Below, one piece after another: positions 27,854 through 37,163 of a DNA stretch of 64,000 nucleotides. The position numbers and the translations under genes are program-made. The first letter of the stretch is position 1, and every line of letters starts with the position of its first letter. The notes below the pieces were generated by a model. The model worked only from the letters and a program-made list of their open reading frames with translations. It did not search any database and had not been told where the DNA came from. The stretch is from assembly GCA_963823335.1 (NCBI GenBank), contig CAWGLD010000001.1, forward strand, positions 320,001-384,000. Reading direction: 5' to 3'. This stretch comes from an uncultured delta proteobacterium. GTDB taxonomy: Bacteria; Desulfobacterota; Desulfobacteria; Desulfobacterales; B30-G6.

Positions 27854-28174
27854 TCATTGTGCTCGGAACAGCTTCTTGAAAAAACCTTTGTTCTCAGGTT
27901 CAGGCAGAGGTAAATCCAGCTGTTTGCAGATTTCTGTTTCTACTTCGAATTGGCCGATGTCCAATCCTTCTACGACAATTTCGTCCCCTACCATTACTGC
28001 CGGTGCTACGGGAAGTTCTAACTCAAAATACTCGTCGGTGATGTACGCTGCTTTTGGCTTGGATATGGTTTCAATCTCAATTTCGTATTTTTCACCCAGA
28101 CCGGGCATCATCTTTTTAAAATGTTTTCATGGCTTGCCATTGGGCTCATTTAGAAAAAACCGGACTTTCAGCAT
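27854..28174 (-). CDS. tsoC: Thioredoxin-like putative selenoprotein with NEPxGxxU motif, 106 aa
   Basis: AGGAGG RBS, then MLKVRFFLNEPNGKP-TGA(28127-28129)-KHFKKMMPG, in frame with ORF 27854-28111 (PVAPAVMV). The family name is from memory and needs HMM confirmation. Confidence 0.78.
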
Positions 28175-28291
28175 TTTTTGCCTCCTGTTTTGCAATACGA
28201 ATAAAGCCGTTAATATTTTGACACGATGCGTTATGACCTTTAAGATTCTTCTCCCAAGCAGTTGGGAAAAAGGGTTCAAGGGGCCCAGGAT

Positions 28292-30040
28292 TCAAGGGTT
28301 CAAGTGTTTGTTTTCCAAGGAAACCATTATCTTTAAAAATTCATTTGGTTCTATATAATCTACCACCCGCAAATCATTTCGCTCACGGCCTGAGGGGTCC
28401 AGGAATACGACCGTTGGAACACCTTTGACCTTGTATTTACGTAACAGGTGGTCATAACTTTGACGGTCCTTTTTAGTAAGATCCACTTTCACCATGACAA
28501 ATTCCTCTTGAGAAAGCTTGACGATATCCGGATGATGAAATGTAATCTGGTCCAACTCCCGGCATGGCGCACACCAATCAGCATAAAAATCGATGATCAC
28601 CGGTTTATTATTTTCTGCTGATTCCGCCAAAAGCCGGTCCGAATAATTGTGCCAGTAGACAGACGGTCCTTTGACCATTTGGTTGCCGATCAGAACGATT
28701 CCCATCACCAGGCAAACGGTGCCAATGATAGATTTTATCCAGGCAAACGAACGGAAAGTCGCTGCGCTTTTATCCAGCCATCCCAGATGAACACCGGCTG
28801 TAATGACAATGGTGGCAAGGATATATTTCTGTAGGACCCATGGCAGAATTGGCCGGATAAAGTAGGCGGCCATCCCGATGAGTACCCATCCCATGAGCCG
28901 TCGCACCCAATTCATCCATTCGCCGGATTTTGGCAGCTTTGCCAGTTGACCTGAAAACAATGCCAGGACAAACAAAGGTGTGCCCAATCCCAGGCTTAAA
29001 ATGAAAAAAATGACAAATCCAACCAGCGGGTCGCCAATTGCTGCAACCCAGGTCAGAAGCCCCAGCACGAAAGGACCGATACATGGTGCAGCCACCACAC
29101 CCAAGGTTATCCCCATGAAAAAGGAGCCAAAAAATCCCGTGTAGGATTTGGAGGCTGCCTGGGTCAGCCAAAAGGGAAGCCTAAGTTCCCAAAATCCGAA
29201 AAGACTCATGGCAAAGGCAGTCATCACTGATGCGATCGCAATCAGCACCAGAGGGTTTTGAAGTAATGCACCGATTAAACCTCCTGTGAGAGCTGCGATT
29301 ACACCCAGTAACGAGTTGGTTAGTGCCAATCCCCCAATGTAGCAGATACCGTGTCCGATAAGTCCCCGTTTACCCTGAGTGCTTCTTCCACCGAAATATG
29401 AGACTGTGATGGGGATCAGGGGATAGACACAAGGTGTGAGGTTCAACGCAAGACCACCGGCGAAGACACCCAACAGCGTCCATAGAAGTGCCCAACCAGA
29501 TAAGGAGAGATTCGATTCGGAAGGGGTCGTTTTTGATAACGGGTTCAATTTGCCCTGGGCGACCGGAAACCCTTTTGATTGCCAATGAGGATATCCTTCT
29601 GGATAGCGATATACATTTTGATACCCTAATTCTACGGCTACCCGAGCCGCCGAGTCGCTGCGGACTCAAGCCAGGCCCGCTCAGTAAAAAACAATCGTTT
29701 TTTCCTTATCTGGCCCAAGAAACGCTTTCAATTCCCCTTTTTTCTGCCATCTTGCCCACCACGTAGGTTCAATGGGGAAATTTACACTCTCGGCTATGTG
29801 GCCGGCACGGTGCTCCCATTCCTGGCGTGTGTCTACCAGCAGGATCTTTTCCTGATTTGACGGATACAGTTTCGACAGCGCATCAACATCTATCAGCCGA
29901 TAGCCACCGTTTTCGGCCTCCTGTTCAACTTGTGCCATGTTCGATACCACTATTGGCACCGGCAAATTGGAGTACCAGAGGACCAACACGGTAATTGAGA
30001 CGGCTAAGCATGGCAGAAGGATGGATCGAAAAATTTTCAT
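28292..30040 (-). CDS. Rhodanese-DsbD(TM)-thioredoxin fusion, putative selenoprotein with UxxxxU motif, 582 aa
   Basis: IVFY-TGA(29681-29683)-AGLA-TGA(29666-29668)-VRSDSAARVAVELGYQNVYRYPEGYPHW completes the rhodanese domain and continues in frame into DsbD (LTPCVYP, APC.GP, WCAPC). Confidence 0.85.
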
Positions 30041-30741
30041 CGGATTGTTCCTCCGCTCTCAGACAATTTCTCTTCCCCCTCAGATACCGCAAATCCCATT
30101 GCCCGCCAATCCTGGATTCCTTCTTCAAGGCGAACGGCATTGAAACCTCTTTTTCTTAGCATTTCTACGGCCTGGACAGCCAAGACACAATACGGTCCCC
30201 GGCAATATGCGACAATTTCCTGATCCTTAGGAAGTTTAGAAAATAATTCTTCAAGATGTCTCAGCGGTACAGATAAGGCCCCAGGGATGTGGCCCGCGTG
30301 ATATTCCGATTCCGGCCGAACATCAAGAACTGTTGCGGAGCCATTTTTTACACGCTGCAAAAGATCTTTTCTATCAACTGGTTCCATGCTTTCTTTACCT
30401 TCCAAAAAACGACGATTGATCATCTCGACCTCTGCCAATCGGTTTTCAGCCAATACGCGCATGGATCTGAAGAACTCACAAACCATTTGATCCGCAAGAC
30501 GGTACGTGACATACAGGCCTTCTTTCTCCGCTTCAATCAGGCGGGCCGCTCGAAGAACCTGAAGGTGCTGGGAGGTGTTGGCCGGGGTCAAACCGGTTTC
30601 TTGAGTTAAGGTTTCAACGGTTTTTTCACCCTGACAGAGAAGGTCAAGCAACTCCAGGCGTTTCGGGCTGGAAACGGCTTTACCAATTCTTGAGAATTGC
30701 TCATATATGGCATCCTTGAATTTTCTGTTTGGACTTTTCAT
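30037..30741 (-). CDS. ArsR/SmtB-family regulator fused to a rhodanese domain
   Basis: SPKRLELL...NTSQHL..LR wHTH; LDVRP..EY..GHIPGA; YCRGPYC. Confidence 0.92.
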   Translation of the reverse strand: MKSPNRKFKDAIYEQFSRIGKAVSSPKRLELLDLLCQGEKTVETLTQETGLTPANTSQHLQVLRAARLIEAEKEGLYVTYRLADQMVCEFFRSMRVLAENRLAEVEMINRRFLEGKESMEPVDRKDLLQRVKNGSATVLDVRPESEYHAGHIPGALSVPLRHLEELFSKLPKDQEIVAYCRGPYCVLAVQAVEMLRKRGFNAVRLEEGIQDWRAMGFAVSEGEEKLSESGGTIR

Positions 30742-30750
30742 GACCGCTCC

Positions 30751-30803
30751 TCTACTATTCAATTAATATATTGAATAGTAGATTTAAAACTGAACACTGT
30801 CAA
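30751..30803 (-). promoter_or_regulatory. Sigma70 promoter with an overlapping 13-6-13 perfect inverted-repeat operator
   Basis: Minus strand TTGACA-17nt-TACTAT; TCTACTATTCAAT-N6-ATTGAATAGTAGA at 30751-30782 covers the -10 box. Confidence 0.85.
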
Positions 30804-31101
30804 TGTTTTCTTATGTATCAAGTTTTGGAGGATAAATGGTGGATGGAAATTCTGGTGGGTTTACATTTGCTATCAGCTATCTGCTGTGGGCTAATTGTTG
30901 CTTCACTTGAATCCTGGAACCCCTCGAGTATCAGTTTTATTTTTTCACTGATCGTCTGATGGCCCTACCCGGATAAACGCTATGTATCGCTGGAAGCACT
31001 GGATATTCGCGATTTTGCCCGTGACGATCCACGCGGATTTTTAGCCGAGCATGCCGATTGGAAACATTCCAAATCTGTCCGCTCCTTAAGACGCATTTCA
31101 C

Positions 31102-31377
31102 TTAAGGGCTCTTCTTTATGGGTTTGCCTGGACAAACACCTTTAAGCACTCTTGAGTCCCTCACCACAACGGTTCCGGTGACCACCACAAAGGGAATGCC
31201 ACTGGAAGGCAGTCCGCCGTCTTTCATGGTCGCGTTGTCTTTGACGGTTTTCGAGTCAAAGACGGTGATATCGGCGTCTGTACCGACCTGGATGCGGCCT
31301 TTATGTGCCATCTGATCTACACCATTGTACTGGAGAAACTGGGCAATGAGATAGGTCATTTTCGAAACGCCATCCAT
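31102..31377 (-). pseudogene. C-terminal remnant of an amidohydrolase (D-aminoacylase-like)
   Basis: KGRIQVGTDADITVFD...PSSGIPFVVV.G..VV...PGKPI only; the N-terminal catalytic barrel is missing. Confidence 0.7.
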
Positions 31378-31413
31378 GAGGGGGATGTCTACTTTCTTTT
31401 ACAGCACCATCAA

Positions 31414-32109
31414 TTAAAACCGAAATCCCTTCCAGATAAAATACATACCCATTACCATCATCAAAACAGCACCGATCTGGTATACTTTTTCGCGCTGCCG
31501 CAACCAACGCAGATCCGTGAGTCTCGACACCAGAAAAAGCGCCGGCATGGTGCCGAAACCAAAACAGAGCATGAGACCCGCCCCGGAAAACACACCGCCC
31601 AGAGTGGTGTCTGCCTCCATTCCTGAGCGTGCAGCCGCAAGCAGGGCGGTATAAACCGGCCCGCAGGGCAGCAGCCCGAGAAGCAGTCCGAGAGGTAGAT
31701 ACATCAGGGGATGCTTCTTTTTCTGCAGCAGCTTTTTAAAAGCCCCGCTGATGAAGGTGCCAACCGGGGGCGCCGCCCGGAAGATGATACCGCTTGGCAC
31801 CCAGCCGGTCATTGCCAGACCCATCAGGATGATAAGGACACCCGCAGCCACCATGACCCCTTTTTGCAAACCATCGATACTTTCTGCAAAACGGGTGAAG
31901 GAGGCCATGCCACCTACGATTGCACCCAGGAGACCATAGGTCAGGGTTCGGCCGGTAGTGTAAAACAGATGGGGCCAGACCGATGGAGCACCCTTTAAAT
32001 TCAGTGAAAGCGAAATGACGATGGGCCCACACATACCGATACAGTGCCCGAAACCGATGCTAACACCGGTTGTGAAGAAGAGAATATATATGGAACTAGT
32101 AGACAACAT
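31414..32109 (-). CDS. DsbD_2/TauE-like membrane protein (cbb3/Cu maturation-associated)
   Basis: GHCIGMCGP, GRTLTY, GLLPCGPVY and FGFGT.P motifs. Confidence 0.85.
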   Translation of the reverse strand: MLSTSSIYILFFTTGVSIGFGHCIGMCGPIVISLSLNLKGAPSVWPHLFYTTGRTLTYGLLGAIVGGMASFTRFAESIDGLQKGVMVAAGVLIILMGLAMTGWVPSGIIFRAAPPVGTFISGAFKKLLQKKKHPLMYLPLGLLLGLLPCGPVYTALLAAARSGMEADTTLGGVFSGAGLMLCFGFGTMPALFLVSRLTDLRWLRQREKVYQIGAVLMMVMGMYFIWKGFRF

Positions 32110-32542
32110 TGAAAGTGAATACAACGCTGCCGATATCCGGCAGGGTGATCGTGGCCTGCCAGATGGTTTTGCCACTTTTGCAGCGGACGATTACCCCCTG
32201 GCCTTCATATATGGCCGCGTCGTTTTTTGTGAGTATGACCTGGTTCGGTCCCATTTTCATACCGGGCATACCCAAATCGATAAAGGGTGGTTTCGAAAGC
32301 GGATCCCCGCTTATCTTGACCTGAAATATCAAGTCCTTCATGGCTTTCACGGGTTTGGGAAAAATGTTCAGATCGACGGTCCTGTTGTCGATCTGCTTCC
32401 GGCAGCCGCCTGACTGGATATCGCAATCCACAACGTCTTCCGCTGCCAGACTAACGCTGCTATGGCAAACTGAAAGGATCAGAAGGGCGAGAAACAGGAC
32501 ACGCATACCTGCCAGGTGGGAATTGAATCTACATGTTCTCAT
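32096..32542 (-). CDS. Exported YtkA/FixH-like protein, possibly Cu-binding
   Basis: Signal peptide; CDI..GGC, LGMPGMKMG and RC.SG..W motifs; GGAGG RBS. Confidence 0.6.
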   Translation of the reverse strand: MRTCRFNSHLAGMRVLFLALLILSVCHSSVSLAAEDVVDCDIQSGGCRKQIDNRTVDLNIFPKPVKAMKDLIFQVKISGDPLSKPPFIDLGMPGMKMGPNQVILTKNDAAIYEGQGVIVRCKSGKTIWQATITLPDIGSVVFTFNVVY

Positions 32543-32559
32543 GGAAACCTCCTATAGTG

Positions 32560-32710
32560 CAGTTCGTACAACATTAGGCCTTCGGCTGATATTTGGCCAT
32601 TGCCCTTCATGCCTCACTTGTCCTGCCGGACGACATTTTCGCCATGCACGGAATTTATTGTGCCCCATGGCCTAGGGCTTACCTAAGACGTAAAACCTAA
32701 AACTTAACAC
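32560..32710 (-). repeat. GNA mini-hairpin array, degenerate copy 2 with leader
   Basis: Reverse complement: ...TTTTAGGTTTT...GGTAAGCCCTAGGC...CAATAAATTCC...AAATGTC-GTCC-GGCA-GGAC...AAATATC-AGCC-GAA-GGCC-TAATG. Confidence 0.6.
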
Positions 32711-32715
32711 GTTCT

Positions 32716-33666
32716 TTATTCCATCAATCCTATCAGCCCCAGCACGATACAAAGCAGCGTGAGCGGAAAATAGCTTGCCCGGTTGAATAGCGCCATGGCC
32801 TGGTCCCTGTCCCGGGTCAGGAGCAGCTTAACCACCGGAATCAGCAGCATATAGATACCGGCGGCAAGAGCTGAAAGGCAGGCAACCCATTTCCAGGTTG
32901 GAAAACTCAATATAAAAAGATAGGCGATCAAAACAACTGACATAAGCAGGGCCGCCAGTGCCAGTAAAGCCGCCTTCTCCGCTCCCAGTTGCACCGGTAT
33001 GGTTTTGGCTCTGAATTGACGATCCAGTTCAATGTCGGACCAATCGGCCGGGATGTTTTGCCCGCCGATTTCCCAGAAAAAAAGACCCAGAAACATGATA
33101 CCTGCAAAAAACGGGGATGGATAGGGATCAACGGCCAGAAGCGCTGCTATGGGTCCAGAATTTTTGACAAATCCACTCACCACAGATCGCCAGGGGCTTA
33201 CATGCCATAAGAGACAATAGACGGTTTCCAGGCTAGCCCCCAGCAAAAAGATGACCACACACATGGGATTCAGAAGATAAGCACCCACCAGGGCAACCAT
33301 GGACCAACCGATCGCCCACAGGATGCCCTGCCGGTAGGTCAGAAGCCCTTGCGCCATGGGGTGCCTTACCATCAGGGAATCGAGATAGCTTTCGGCAGTC
33401 AGGGCACTTTCGCCACCCTTGGCCATATCTGTTCTAAAATCGATGATGTCGTTCAGGGCATACACGGCGGTATAACCTGCAAACGCTGTCAACAGACCAA
33501 TCACCACCACATGCCCGGGGGGGAAACCACCGAGATAGAGCAACACGGCAAATGCCGGAGTTGCCATGTCCAGCAGACCATGGGGAGTACGAGAAAGAGC
33601 CAGAAAGCGTTTGAGCTGTTCCAGTCGGCCCGAAGATTTTGATGTTGGCCCCGCATTCATAGGCAT
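32716..33666 (-). CDS. ubiA: UbiA-family aromatic prenyltransferase
   Basis: NDIIDFRTD and DWSDIELD Asp-rich motifs, RHP, ~9 TM helices. Confidence 0.85.
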   Translation of the reverse strand: MPMNAGPTSKSSGRLEQLKRFLALSRTPHGLLDMATPAFAVLLYLGGFPPGHVVVIGLLTAFAGYTAVYALNDIIDFRTDMAKGGESALTAESYLDSLMVRHPMAQGLLTYRQGILWAIGWSMVALVGAYLLNPMCVVIFLLGASLETVYCLLWHVSPWRSVVSGFVKNSGPIAALLAVDPYPSPFFAGIMFLGLFFWEIGGQNIPADWSDIELDRQFRAKTIPVQLGAEKAALLALAALLMSVVLIAYLFILSFPTWKWVACLSALAAGIYMLLIPVVKLLLTRDRDQAMALFNRASYFPLTLLCIVLGLIGLME

Positions 33667-33953
33667 AGATTTTATATTTACCCTAAGATGAACTTAAATT
33701 AGGCTTACCTTAGTTTTGTCAAAGGAGCAAGTATTTGTAAGCCTTAAGCAACAAACGGCAAGCTGCTTAAAGCTTATTGCTTATTGCATAGGGTCGATAG
33801 ACTTTCTTTGACCAAAACATAGCTTTGGGTTTGACACATATGGGATATTAGGCCATATTAATTAAGTTCCAGCCTTCCCCCTAAGCACCATACCGGGTCG
33901 AAACATGGACCCGCAACAGATGGATAATAACACCCATTTACAAGGAGGTCATC

Positions 33954-34208
33954 GTGAAAAACGGTACTTGTCCCAAGTGTGGATCCGAATCAATCTATTG
34001 TGGTGATAAGATCCCCTTAAAAAATGGTCCTTTCGGAAGCAATTCAATTCCAGTCAGCATCCTTTCCATGGCTGCTCTGGACAACTACGTTTGCACCGAC
34101 TGCGGTTATCTTGAAAGCTATATTGCCGAAAAGGACAAGCTCAAAGAAATCACCGAGGGCTGGCGGAATCTACAGGCAGCAGAAACTGCCGAAGAGGAAA
34201 AAAACTAG
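33954..34208 (+). CDS. Small zinc-ribbon-like protein
   Basis: CPKC...CTDCGYLESY; AGGAGG RBS before GTG. Confidence 0.75.
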   Translation: MKNGTCPKCGSESIYCGDKIPLKNGPFGSNSIPVSILSMAALDNYVCTDCGYLESYIAEKDKLKEITEGWRNLQAAETAEEEKN

Positions 34209-34228
34209 AGACCAAGATCCAATGCTGC

Positions 34229-34392
34229 GCGTCATTTGTGGTCATTTACTTCGTGTCATTATAGATGGTTTTAGGTTTTAAGTGTGAAGTAAACCCCAAG
34301 CTACGAGCCATTAGCGGCAATAAATTACGCCCGCAGGGCAAATGACCATAAATGACAGCCGAAGGCGAAATGACGCACGAAGTGCGAATGAC
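34229..34392 (+). repeat. GNA mini-hairpin array, copy 3, with leader and upstream inverted GTCATT linkers
   Basis: GCCC-GCA-GGGC, AGCC-GAA-GGCG, GCAC-GAA-GTGC. The leader GTAAACCCCAAGCTACGAGC...GGCAATAAATTAC is shared with the reverse complement of 63360-63410. Confidence 0.85.
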
Positions 34393-34414
34393 AAGGGATT
34401 GAAAGGCTGACTAT

Positions 34415-36127
34415 ATGAAGTTTGTTGATGGAATGCGACGCATGCGCGGCATTCGAAGGCTGGGACATATCTCCCGTATCATGCTGAAGCATGGACTCGG
34501 TGATTTCACGGACCGGCTGTTCAAACAAGACTCGAATGGCATTACAACACCGGATAAGACCGAATACCCTCTGAAATCAGGATTCCCATCTCCTGTCAGA
34601 ATCCGAAAGCTACTCGAAGAACTGGGCCCCAGTTTCGTCAAGCTGGGGCAATTGATGAGTACCCGGGCGGATATTTTTCCACCCGAATACATCCAGGAAT
34701 TCATCAAGTTGCAGGACAGTGTCCCACCGGTATCCTTCCAAGAAATACGGAAAGTGATCGAAGGGGATTTCGGGCAGAATCTCGATGATATTTTTAAGTC
34801 TTTTAACACCGAATCCATGGCGGCAGCCTCTGTTGCGCAGGTCCATATGGCAGAACTGCATACCGGTGAAAAAGTAGCCGTAAAAATTATCCGGCCCGGG
34901 ATCGAAAAAAAAATCAGGCAAGACATTGGACTGATGCTCACACTGGCCGAGAAACTGGAGCGTAAATTCGATATTGGAAGAAAAATTGGCTTTATCAACC
35001 TGGCACGCGAATTTGAGCGAACCATTTTCAAAGAACTGGACATGCTGACCGAGGCGGGCCACATGGAACGCTTCTCCGGCTATTTCAAGGAAAGCCATGA
35101 AATGGTCATCCCCAAGGTTCATTGGGCCTACACCTCCAGGTCGGTTCTGGTCATGGAGCATATCGACGGAATCAAAATGGATCAGGTCGAAACCATGCGG
35201 GCACATGGTATCGATCCCAGGGAAATTGCCATGATCGGGCTGCGAAGCTTCTCCCGCCAACTGATGGAATTTGGTCTATTTCATGCCGATCCCCACCCGG
35301 GAAACACCATTGTGATGTATGACGGTCGCGTGGGCCTGGTGGATTTCGGGATCACGGGTTATCTGGACGAAGAGTCCATGATGCAGATTGCCAATATTTT
35401 TCTCGGATATGCCGAGCACGATTACGTTATGATCGTTGAGGCATTTGCGAGCGCCGGTCTCATCGACCCGGAACACATCGATATGGATGCCTTTCGTATC
35501 GATCTCAAAGACATCAGCGAACCCTTTTATGGAAGATCGTTGAAAACCATCTCCGCCAAAGATGTGTACGACCAGGTAATGCAGGTGGTGTTGAAACACC
35601 AGATCCGCCTGCCGAGAAATTATCTGTTACTGCTCAAAACCTTTATCCAGACCGAAGCCCTGGGAAAAATCCTGGACAGCGATGCCAACCTGCTGGAGGT
35701 AACCAGGCCATATGCCAAGACACTTCTGGAGCGGGGTTACGATGCACAGAAAATACTCAACAGCATGGGACGGGATGCACGATACTTCAGCGGCTACATG
35801 CGTCTGGTACCGAAGTTCCTGCACGATATTTTAAAAATGACGGCCCGGGGCAAACACCGGATTGAAATACAGCATACCGGCATCCAGGGTATGGATGACA
35901 AACTCGAAAAAGGCCTTAACCGACTCGTTCTGGGTATGGTGATTTCCGCTTCTCTGATCGCCGCGGCACTGGTACTCAACGCAGCCCAGGGTTTGATGGA
36001 ATTCAATATCACTCTGTTAAGCCACACCCTCTCCATGACAACTCTGCTGGGTCTCACGGGTTACTGCCTGGCGACATTTCTCGGTCTTTGGCTGGTGATA
36101 TCGATATTTCGTTCGGGAAAGCTTTAG
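34415..36127 (+). CDS. ubiB: UbiB/AarF (ABC1) atypical kinase
   Basis: LGPSFVKLGQ, AAASVAQVH, VAVK, FHADPHPGN, DFG; two C-terminal TM helices. Confidence 0.9.
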   Translation: MKFVDGMRRMRGIRRLGHISRIMLKHGLGDFTDRLFKQDSNGITTPDKTEYPLKSGFPSPVRIRKLLEELGPSFVKLGQLMSTRADIFPPEYIQEFIKLQDSVPPVSFQEIRKVIEGDFGQNLDDIFKSFNTESMAAASVAQVHMAELHTGEKVAVKIIRPGIEKKIRQDIGLMLTLAEKLERKFDIGRKIGFINLAREFERTIFKELDMLTEAGHMERFSGYFKESHEMVIPKVHWAYTSRSVLVMEHIDGIKMDQVETMRAHGIDPREIAMIGLRSFSRQLMEFGLFHADPHPGNTIVMYDGRVGLVDFGITGYLDEESMMQIANIFLGYAEHDYVMIVEAFASAGLIDPEHIDMDAFRIDLKDISEPFYGRSLKTISAKDVYDQVMQVVLKHQIRLPRNYLLLLKTFIQTEALGKILDSDANLLEVTRPYAKTLLERGYDAQKILNSMGRDARYFSGYMRLVPKFLHDILKMTARGKHRIEIQHTGIQGMDDKLEKGLNRLVLGMVISASLIAAALVLNAAQGLMEFNITLLSHTLSMTTLLGLTGYCLATFLGLWLVISIFRSGKL

Positions 36128-36536
36128 CCCACATTTCTCATGAAAACTATATTTTTAAAAGAAATGCTATTAATTTCGAACAATATCAAATGGTTTTGAT
36201 AGTAAAGTATTTTCCAGTTATGTACAGTCTGTTAATGGATGATTATCTATCTGAAAATATATTTTTCACCCTCTGGGTCGGCCTGATACGCCCATTTGGG
36301 GTGTTATCCGAGGATCGCAGTATGCCTATACGGCTTCACCTCGGATGCCTTCCAAATGAGCGCATCAAACCGATGAGAAATACGGACTAAGCTATTAGCC
36401 GTAAACTGTAAGCGGCGTTTAGCTTATAGCTTACCGCTTATGGCTTATAGCTGTTATTTACAAACGGCCATTATGCCCTATATTAAGACTGTCATCATAC
36501 AAAAATTGCCAAAAAAATTAAACGGAAACGACTCTC

Positions 36537-37151
36537 ATGAAAAAACTCAACACTGCCTGGGTGGCCATCATCGTCCTGATATTTTCCGGAACAGGCTTTG
36601 CGGAAACCCCACACCAGTTAGGGCCATTTATCCTGGGCCATGATATCGCGGAATTTGCCGATTTTATCCAAATGGATACATCTCTTCCCATTCGATACAT
36701 GGAGAGTGTCCGGGAAGTTGAAATAAAGCCCATAAAAGGGTTTAAGAGCGGTCTTATCGCATATGGCACCTGTGCCGCTCAAAACCGTGTTGTCCGGATA
36801 AAGCTCAAATACGACGACGACACCAAGGCCTTCTATCAAAACCTGAAAAAACGTATTGAATACCGTTTTGGCAAAAGTGACGAATACCGTGGAGACGCCT
36901 TTCACATCGTCATCGGGTGGAAGTGGTCTTTCATTGACACCGACAAAAATACCATCACCCTGCTCCTGCAGCACAATACCAGGGATGAGGAAGAAAAGAT
37001 GGGTAATTCCATCAAGCTCACCATGACCAATCTGCTCGAATCGGACTGGGAATGTTTCAAAAACAAAGCATCGACAAAACAGGCCGACGCCAATGTGTCC
37101 GCACCGCAGGAACTGGAACAGACCGGGTGGGATCTCTTTGTGCCCAGGTAA
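36537..37151 (+). CDS. Exported hypothetical protein
   Basis: Signal peptide; 204-aa ORF. Confidence 0.7.
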   Translation: MKKLNTAWVAIIVLIFSGTGFAETPHQLGPFILGHDIAEFADFIQMDTSLPIRYMESVREVEIKPIKGFKSGLIAYGTCAAQNRVVRIKLKYDDDTKAFYQNLKKRIEYRFGKSDEYRGDAFHIVIGWKWSFIDTDKNTITLLLQHNTRDEEEKMGNSIKLTMTNLLESDWECFKNKASTKQADANVSAPQELEQTGWDLFVPR

Positions 37152-37163
37152 TCCGGCAAATTA

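Noticed and set aside
23722-30040. In-frame TGA codons as pseudogene lesions or as a reassigned genetic code
   Set aside because: The four rhodanese TGAs fall at active-site-loop Cys-equivalent positions, all five have 3' hairpins (weak for tsoC), and TGA ends many ordinary genes in this window.
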